This document shows, in pieces, positions 25,397 to 32,000 of a stretch of 32,000 bases of DNA; the first letter of the stretch is position 1; each line of letters opens with the position of its first letter. The notes below the pieces were generated by a model, which did not search any database, was not told the origin of the DNA, and was given only the letters and a program-made list of their open reading frames with translations. The stretch lies in assembly GCF_036323395.1 (NCBI RefSeq), contig NZ_AP028907.1, positions 720,001 to 752,000 on the forward strand, in the 5' to 3' direction. The DNA comes from Pyrodictium abyssi (GTDB lineage: Archaea > Thermoproteota > Thermoprotei_A > Sulfolobales > Pyrodictiaceae). Position numbers and translations under genes: made by a program.

Positions 25397-25807
25397 TTAG
25401 GGCTCACGCACGCTGCGGCGCTGGTAGAGGAGCCTTCTCAGGGTACGCGTCCTGCCCTCGAAGATCGTCTCGAGGAGTACATCCACGAGCTTCTCGCCGT
25501 CGAGAGCTGCGGAGAGGTCGTGGTATCTCCCGCTACGCCTAGCTATCTCGACTGCTACTAGGTGGTAGCAAGGCTCCTCCGTCTCCTGGCCAACAACCCG
25601 TATAGTGAAGTGGGAGCAGCTGCAATACGTTCCGGGTATAACCACGTAGTCGGACTCGCGCCCCAGGACTATCCACAACTCCACCGGGCTGGTTGAGACG
25701 CGTATAGCGCGCATCTCCCTAGCCGCGGCCGCTTCCGCGCCCTTCCCCTCCTCGCCCCGCTCCCTAATGCGGCGTCTAAGCTCGCTAAGGCGGCTCGCCA
25801 TGGTCAA
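25397..25807 (-). CDS. SWIM zinc-finger-like small protein
   Basis: 136 aa with 'YCSCSHFTIRVVGQETEEPCYHLVAV', a CxCx(n)CxH SWIM pattern. There is a 4-nt overlap with the upstream rpiA stop. Confidence 0.6.
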   Translation of the reverse strand: MTMASRLSELRRRIRERGEEGKGAEAAAAREMRAIRVSTSPVELWIVLGRESDYVVIPGTYCSCSHFTIRVVGQETEEPCYHLVAVEIARRSGRYHDLSAALDGEKLVDVLLETIFEGRTRTLRRLLYQRRSVREP

Positions 25808-26556
25808 AGTGCTGGGTTCCTCCTAGTCCTTCTACAGCTGTAGACTGCTGCGCCTCCTTCACCCCTACCCACTACCACAGCGTCGGCGTAGCCTATGAAG
25901 AGCCCGTGGCCTACCACGCCCGGCAGCCGGTCAAGGAGCGCCTCGTACTGGCTCGGCTCGACGACGCCCCAGGGCCAAGTGTCCACTACGATGCCGGAGT
26001 TATCGGTGAGCGCTGGTCCGTCGCGGCAGCCACAGCCGCTTCTGACCTCCGCCCGCACCCCCAAGGCGTTGAGCTCGTCCAGGAGGGCTTCGAGCGCGTA
26101 TTCTAGCACCTCTACGGGGACGGGCTTACCCTTCTCGCCGAGACTACTCGAGACCTTGCTCTCGTCCACGACTATCACGGTGTAGCGGCTGTTGTAGGCT
26201 AGTATCTTCTCGCGCACCATGGCCGCTCCGCGGCCCTTGACAAGCATGCACTCGCCGTCCCCGATCGCTACCTCGTCTGCGCCGTCAAAGTAGACGTCTA
26301 GCCCGCCTCTCGGCGTGTAGCTGTACGCTTCGACGCCGTATCTTCTGAGCATGAGGAGTGTTGCTAGGCTGGACGCGTAGACTCTAGCCGTCCTCATTGC
26401 GCGGGCGAGCCCCGGGTCATCCATTATCAGCTCTACTATCTTGGCTACCGTGGAGCCCGTGCCCACGCCTATCCTAGTCGCGTTCGCTAGCCTATCGCGG
26501 AGGAGGCCCAGCGCCTTCTCTGCCGCAACCTGCTTAGCGTAGCTAACACTCAACAA
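25804..26556 (-). CDS. rpiA: Ribose-5-phosphate isomerase A
   Basis: 250 aa with 'GVGTGSTVAKIVE', 'DVYFDGADEV' and 'KGRGAAMVREKI'. Confidence 0.9.
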   Translation of the reverse strand: MLSVSYAKQVAAEKALGLLRDRLANATRIGVGTGSTVAKIVELIMDDPGLARAMRTARVYASSLATLLMLRRYGVEAYSYTPRGGLDVYFDGADEVAIGDGECMLVKGRGAAMVREKILAYNSRYTVIVVDESKVSSSLGEKGKPVPVEVLEYALEALLDELNALGVRAEVRSGCGCRDGPALTDNSGIVVDTWPWGVVEPSQYEALLDRLPGVVGHGLFIGYADAVVVGRGEGGAAVYSCRRTRRNPAL

Positions 26557-27859
26557 CGCGTCCCCGGAGGTCGTACCAGGTGGCCCCGGTTACTTCAATG
26601 CACCTCCACTCCCCCGGCGTGGCAGAGCCCTCGGGGAGTACTACCGGCATGTAGTTGTAGAGCTTAGCGTCGAGGCCGCCGCGCTCCCCCTGTGACACGA
26701 CTAGGGCCTTTGCACGGGTGCCTACGTACCTCGTGTGCTCCTCGAGCCCTATCCGCTCTATGACCTTCATGAGCTGTTTTGAGCGCCGTTTCTTAACGGG
26801 GTCCGGTACCTGGGGCAGCCCGGCAGCCACTGTGCGTGGACGCGGCGTGTACTGGGCTAAGTGGACTCGTTCGAACCGTAGCTCCTCTACGAGCCTCACC
26901 GTGTTCATGAAGGCTTCTTCGTCCTCGCCGGGATGGCCGACTATTATGTCGGTAGCTATCATGGCGCCTGGTATCTTCCTCCTTATCTCCCGGACTATCT
27001 CGCGGTACTGGTCTACGGTGTAGCGGCGCTTCATAACCCGTAGTACGCGGTCGTCGCCGCTCTGCACGGGCAGGTGGACGAACTTGAAGAAGCGGGGCTT
27101 CCGGAGGGCCTCTATGAACTCGTCTAGTACTGGCTCTAGCTGCTCCGGGCTCATCATCCCCACGCGCACCATGAAGTCTCCCTTTATCTCTGCTAGACGT
27201 TCCAGCAGCTCGGGCAGCATCCTCTTCCCGTAGATGTCGATCCCGTAGACAGCGACATCCTGGCCCGTTATCCTTATCTCCACGACTCCACGGCGTGCTA
27301 GCGCCTCCACCAGCCTGACAATGTTCTCCATGGGGCGGCTGTACACCCGGCGCCGGGCTAGCTTGGTTATGCAGAAGCTGCAGTCGTTTACACACCCGTC
27401 GGCTACGGGTATCTCTGCTATCCTCCCCCTCTGCATCATAGCTGGGTCGGGGGTGTAGAGGGTCTTAGGCCTAGAAGGCTCGTGGAGCAGGTTCTTGCCG
27501 TTTTCGATAGCCTCGTGTACGCGGTGGACATTGTGAGTTGAGACTAGTATCGCCTCTGGCGCTATACGCTTCACGGTGTAGGGCTGTGCGGAGGCCATAC
27601 AGCCCGCCACTACTAGTATCGCTGAGCGCTCTCTCGCTACCCGGTGTAGCTCCGCTATTCTTCTCTTCATACGCTCCTCTGTATCCATCCTCACAGTACA
27701 AGTATTCAATATAATAATATCGGCATCATCTATACTATCCACTATCTCGTAGCCACGGCTAGCCAGCACACTCTTCATGATAGCGGTATCCGCGTGGTTC
27801 AATGCACAGCCATAGGTCTCGAAGTAGGCCCGCGGCATCGCCGCCATACACCACTTCAC
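26543..27859 (-). CDS. Radical-SAM methylthiotransferase, MiaB/RimO superfamily (archaeal MtaB/CDKAL1-like)
   Basis: 438 aa. The UPF0004 N-domain reads 'YFETYGCALNHADTAIM...IILNTCTV', the radical-SAM cluster motif is 'CVNDCSFCITKLARR', and a C-terminal TRAM-like domain is present. Confidence 0.85.
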   Translation of the reverse strand: MKWCMAAMPRAYFETYGCALNHADTAIMKSVLASRGYEIVDSIDDADIIILNTCTVRMDTEERMKRRIAELHRVARERSAILVVAGCMASAQPYTVKRIAPEAILVSTHNVHRVHEAIENGKNLLHEPSRPKTLYTPDPAMMQRGRIAEIPVADGCVNDCSFCITKLARRRVYSRPMENIVRLVEALARRGVVEIRITGQDVAVYGIDIYGKRMLPELLERLAEIKGDFMVRVGMMSPEQLEPVLDEFIEALRKPRFFKFVHLPVQSGDDRVLRVMKRRYTVDQYREIVREIRRKIPGAMIATDIIVGHPGEDEEAFMNTVRLVEELRFERVHLAQYTPRPRTVAAGLPQVPDPVKKRRSKQLMKVIERIGLEEHTRYVGTRAKALVVSQGERGGLDAKLYNYMPVVLPEGSATPGEWRCIEVTGATWYDLRGRVVEC

Positions 27860-28023
27860 GCTAGGCTAGCCTGTATAGCCCACCTCTAGGCCCATGCCGT
27901 TAAGGGCACAGCAGGAGAGACCTAATCAAGGTTCCCCGAGGACATAGTACCCTCGGAGAGCCCCAAGGGGCCAGGGACTAGTACCGCCTAGGCTCTATAC
28001 AGGGCCGCGGGGGCCGCAGAGCC

Positions 28024-28635
28024 TTGGCCCAGAGACACACTGTAAAGGCCATAATCCTGGCCGCCTCCATAGCTGTAGCCGTCGCAGCTGCCATCTACAC
28101 CTCCAAAAACCCTCATGAAGCTCGTCCCGTGCCCCTACCGGATCTAGTGGCTGGGGCTCCAGAATCCATCACTGTCAGCTCGCCAGCTTTCCCCCGGGGA
28201 GGTACTATCCCTGCGAAGTACACATGTGACGGAGCCGACGTCTCGCCGCCGCTAGCTATAGAGAACGTCCCGGCCCAGGCTAGGAGCCTGCTACTGCTAG
28301 TCTATGATCCGGATGCGCCTGGGGGTGTGTTTGTCCACTGGGTCTTGTATGATGTTCCTCGCGGGCTGTCTGCGCTACCGGAGGGCGTACCCCGAGACCC
28401 AGCCGTAGAGGGCCTCGGGCTACAAGGACGGAACGGCTTCGGCAAAACCGGCTACAACGGCCCCTGCCCACCACGCGGCGACCGCCCACACCGCTACGTG
28501 TTCCTAGTCATAGCCCTTGACGTTGAGAGCCTTGGGCTGGAGCCCGGCAGCCCGTGGAGCGCTGTCCTCGATAGGGCTAGCGGCCATGTAGTAGCCTATG
28601 GCTATACTTATGGCGTGTATGCCCGCCAGGGCTAG
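28024..28635 (+). CDS. PEBP/YbhB-YbcL family protein with N-terminal membrane anchor or signal
   Basis: 203 aa with 'IPAKYTCDGADVSPPL', 'LLVYDPDAPGGVFVHWVLYDVP' and 'GYNGPCPPRGDRPHRYVFLVIALD'. TTG start. Confidence 0.85.
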   Translation: MAQRHTVKAIILAASIAVAVAAAIYTSKNPHEARPVPLPDLVAGAPESITVSSPAFPRGGTIPAKYTCDGADVSPPLAIENVPAQARSLLLLVYDPDAPGGVFVHWVLYDVPRGLSALPEGVPRDPAVEGLGLQGRNGFGKTGYNGPCPPRGDRPHRYVFLVIALDVESLGLEPGSPWSAVLDRASGHVVAYGYTYGVYARQG

Positions 28636-28910
28636 CCGCCCGAGGCTGGCGGGAGGATAGCTATCTCGTCACCATCAGAGACCATCGTGTCTCTAGACGC
28701 GCTGCGCCCGTTAACAGTATACAGCACAGCTAGGCCGCGTTCCTCTAGCTCTTCTACCAGGCTTTTGAGGCGCGGATACTCCCTGAAGAGCTTGACTAGC
28801 ACGTCTCCTAGCGTAGCACTGTTACTCTCCAGCTCCAGTTCCAGCTCCCTTCTTCCTCCTACGGCTTCGCGTAGGAGGGACACTAGCCTCACCTTCACCC
28901 TGACCATCAT
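28632..28910 (-). CDS. MoaD/ThiS-family ubiquitin-like protein (SAMP-like), C-terminal GG
   Basis: 92 aa. The beta-grasp pattern ends '...VSDGDEIAILPPASGG*'. Confidence 0.8.
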   Translation of the reverse strand: MMVRVKVRLVSLLREAVGGRRELELELESNSATLGDVLVKLFREYPRLKSLVEELEERGLAVLYTVNGRSASRDTMVSDGDEIAILPPASGG

Positions 28911-29109
28911 GGTTCCCCGCTTAATCTTCGACCCGGGCTGTTCCGCTTACTAGTGCTTCCCGGCGGCTGCTACAGCGTCCCGCTACAGCGCTCTGGCCTA
29001 AACGACAACAGTGTTATAGTGGAACATCTACTTATGACGAGCCAACCGAGAAGTCAGCCCGACAATAGGGGTTATGCTGCACTGCACAGCGTAGAGGTGC
29101 TGCATAGCC

Positions 29110-29502
29110 ATGTATGGAGATGAGCTGGACTTCTACACTAAGATGTATAATGAGGTAGAGAGGCTGCGTAGGGAGGGTATAGTAGAGTACGTCACTAGCT
29201 ATGATAGGTTCCGCGAGATAATAGAGAATAACCGTGTTGTCGTCGCCGTGTTCACCACACCCACGTGCAGCGCATGCATAATATACAAGCCGATATTCTA
29301 CATAGTTGCAGAGAAGCTAAAGGACAAGGCTAAGTGGGTCGAAGTAGACGCCTACGAGGCCCCAGAAGCAGCGTTCGAGTCCGGGGTCACCGCTACCCCT
29401 ACTACCATAGTATACGTGAACGGCGAGGCCGTGGACGGCTTCGTGGGGATACTCGACGAGGAAGGGCTCATGGAGATAGTAAAACAGTACATAAAGGAGT
29501 AG
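29110..29502 (+). CDS. Thioredoxin-fold protein (CxxC = CSAC)
   Basis: 130 aa. 'VVVAVFTTPTCSACIIYKPIF' followed by 'TATPTTIVYVNGEAVDGFVG' gives the thioredoxin topology, including the cis-Pro region. Confidence 0.75.
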   Translation: MYGDELDFYTKMYNEVERLRREGIVEYVTSYDRFREIIENNRVVVAVFTTPTCSACIIYKPIFYIVAEKLKDKAKWVEVDAYEAPEAAFESGVTATPTTIVYVNGEAVDGFVGILDEEGLMEIVKQYIKE

Positions 29503-29518
29503 AAAACGCCATCCGGCT

Positions 29519-31098
<1,580 letters not shown>

Positions 31099-31399
31099 AT
31101 CACACCCAACCGCGGCGCCCCAGGAGAGCCACGAACAGGGCTAAAACACTTGCCGGCAAGGAGACGGGTAGCCCACATGGGTTCTACAACAACACGAATG
31201 CAGGAAATACAACACCTCTACAGAATTACAGCCAACAGTCGCGAACACTCTAGAGGCTAGAGCCCCTGCGGAACCGTACAACAATCGAAGCCAGCTAGGT
31301 GTAGAAACAACCTAACCCAGAGAACAAGCAACAAGGGCCCCGCCGGGAGTGAGGGGAAGAATCGAGTTGAGGGTACGCAAGAGGATCATGAGAGGGGTG

Positions 31400-31490
31400 T
31401 GGCGCCGGGGGCGGGATTTGAACCCGCGCGGCCGGTGCGGCCACCGGCTCTCCAGGCCAGTGGCCCCCGGCGATGGTAGTATGCCCCGGC
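31400..31490 (-). tRNA. tRNA-Ser(GGA)-like gene with encoded CCA but no recognisable D-arm (aberrant tRNA, unusual intron/split arrangement, or att-site remnant)
   Basis: Minus strand: GCCGGGG-CATACTACCATC-GCCGGGG-GCCA-CTGGC/CTGGAGA/GCCGG (anticodon arm, GGA)-U-GGCCG-CAC-CGGCC-GC (long variable arm)-GCGGG/TTCAAAT/CCCGC (T arm)-CCCCGGC-G-CCA. Two copies of the 5' acceptor strand GCCGGGG start at 31490 and 31471. The 23 nt between the distal copy and the anticodon stem have no D-stem or GG D-loop. Confidence 0.5.
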
Positions 31491-31523
31491 CCGGGCCTTG
31501 GGGCGGAGGCTTTCTAAGACAGA

Positions 31524-31540
31524 GTGTACACAGTGTACAC
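31524..31540. promoter_or_regulatory. Tandem 8-bp palindromes GTGTACAC-a-GTGTACAC (candidate operator)
   Basis: Exact copies at 31524-31531 and 31533-31540, between a TATA-like TTTCTAAG (31511-31518) and the probable TTG start (31554) of the AbrB-type gene. They lie about 35-50 nt upstream of the divergent tRNA-like gene. Confidence 0.35.
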
Positions 31541-31721
31541 ACGGTGCCGGAGCTTGGGCCGCGGCCTACTCAAGGTCCAGAGGAAGCCCGCCGGCGAGCG
31601 CACCATACTCTACGTGCATCTACCCAAGGAGTGGGTAGACCGCCTAGGACTACGCGAGGGAGACTACGTGGAATGGGAGATCGACGGCCGGGGCCGGCTG
31701 GTCTTGAAGAAGCTGCGGTGA
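31524..31721 (+). CDS. SpoVT/AbrB-domain small DNA-binding protein
   Basis: 'ILYVHLPKEWVDRLGLREGDYVEWEIDGRGRLVLKKLR' has the same looped-hinge motif as the 17987..18142 gene. The true start is probably TTG 31554, giving about 55 aa. Confidence 0.6.
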   Translation: MYTVYTRCRSLGRGLLKVQRKPAGERTILYVHLPKEWVDRLGLREGDYVEWEIDGRGRLVLKKLR

Positions 31722-31798
31722 GCTCACCCGCAGTGTATACCGAAAGTTTTCGGGTCTACGCGCGGGAAGGTGGACGTAGACTAGGTAGACCGGTCCAC

Positions 31799-32000
31799 CT
31801 AGTGGAGTAGCCGTGGCAGTATCTTGGCTATCTTCTCCCAGTCGCGTAGACTCATTACGGTTTCAACTCTGCTGCCTGGCCCCCAGATCGGCAGCTCCTC
31901 GGGGGTTATCTCGCGCAGCAGAGCGCCCGGCATGAGTAGGATCACGCGCGGATACACGGAGCCTATAGGCTCGTTTACGCGGTCTACCCCGGCTTCGAAA
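31799..32000 (-). CDS. C-terminal end of an unidentified protein (gene continues beyond window end)
   Basis: Own translation, open to the window edge: ...FEAGVDRVNEPIGSVYPRVILLMPGALLREITPEELPIWGPGSRVETVMSLRDWEKIAKILPRLLH*. It has protein-like composition. No family recognised. Confidence 0.45.
   Translation of the reverse strand, partial: FEAGVDRVNEPIGSVYPRVILLMPGALLREITPEELPIWGPGSRVETVMSLRDWEKIAKILPRLLH

Noticed and set aside
24292-25542. + strand ORFs 24292..24780, 24856..25224, 25143..25367 and 25234..25542
   Set aside because: They are the mirror image of the highly repetitive coiled-coil gene. The Ser/Arg/Cys-rich translations are an artefact of the complement of GAG/AAG/CTC-rich codons.
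26793-27395. 200-aa alternative-frame ORF inside the radical-SAM gene
   Set aside because: It is on the same strand but out of frame with a gene carrying the CxxxCxxC radical-SAM motif. The translation is Arg/Pro/Gly-rich.
27861-28003. Imperfect long-range inverted repeat (CCTGTATAG near 27871 with CTATACAGG near 27995) plus the internal hairpin CCGAGG-N9-CCTCGG, considered as a structured ncRNA between the radical-SAM and PEBP genes
   Set aside because: The arms are short and interrupted. The region is also the expected divergent promoter. There is no covariation evidence and no match to any RNA family I recognise.
31312-31810. ORFs 31312..31542 (-) and 31349..31810 (+)
   Set aside because: Both run straight through the tRNA-like element. 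They are Arg/Pro/Gly-rich, and the + ORF is out of frame with the recognisable AbrB-domain reading frame.

Overview
GC-rich, densely coding archaeal chromosome segment. The gene content points to a hyperthermophilic crenarchaeon of the Desulfurococcales/Pyrodictiaceae-Aeropyrum type: aIF2-beta, NMD3, Dph6, PAC2, DUF424, a SAMP-like MoaD and a pyruvoyl SpeH-type decarboxylase, with CTA/ATA/AGG-rich codon usage. About 40 genes are supported, nearly all housekeeping. They include pstS-pstC, an MTH1187-like protein, NMD3, two amidohydrolase-fold proteins, a cysteine-free 1045-aa SF2 helicase and Dph6. Also present are a divergent nucleoside-phosphorylase-fold gene, SurE, a phosphohexomutase with Trm112-like partner, PAC2-Hsp20, aIF2-beta, a CBS protein and UppS. 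The remainder includes DUF373, a coiled-coil protein, RpiA, an MtaB-type radical-SAM enzyme, PEBP, a MoaD/SAMP-like protein, a thioredoxin-like protein and amt-glnK. I see no CRISPR array, transposase, integrase or rRNA. I could not identify a convincing multi-gene novel system. The most unusual things visible in the sequence are: (1) a phosphohexomutase whose conserved 51-codon N-terminus has no ATG/GTG/TTG start; (2) a tRNA-Ser(GGA)-like gene with good anticodon, variable and T arms and acceptor stem but no recognisable D-arm and a duplicated 5' acceptor strand, either an aberrant tRNA or an att-site remnant; (3) tandem GTGTACAC palindromes in front of an orphan AbrB-type gene; (4) perfect inverted repeats bracketing TATA-like elements at three promoters; (5) a helicase with a roughly 590-aa uncharacterised C-terminal region; (6) enzyme-fold proteins that have lost canonical catalytic motifs; (7) four tail-to-tail gene overlaps of 53-135 nt. 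All functional calls come from motif recognition by eye, with no database search run.
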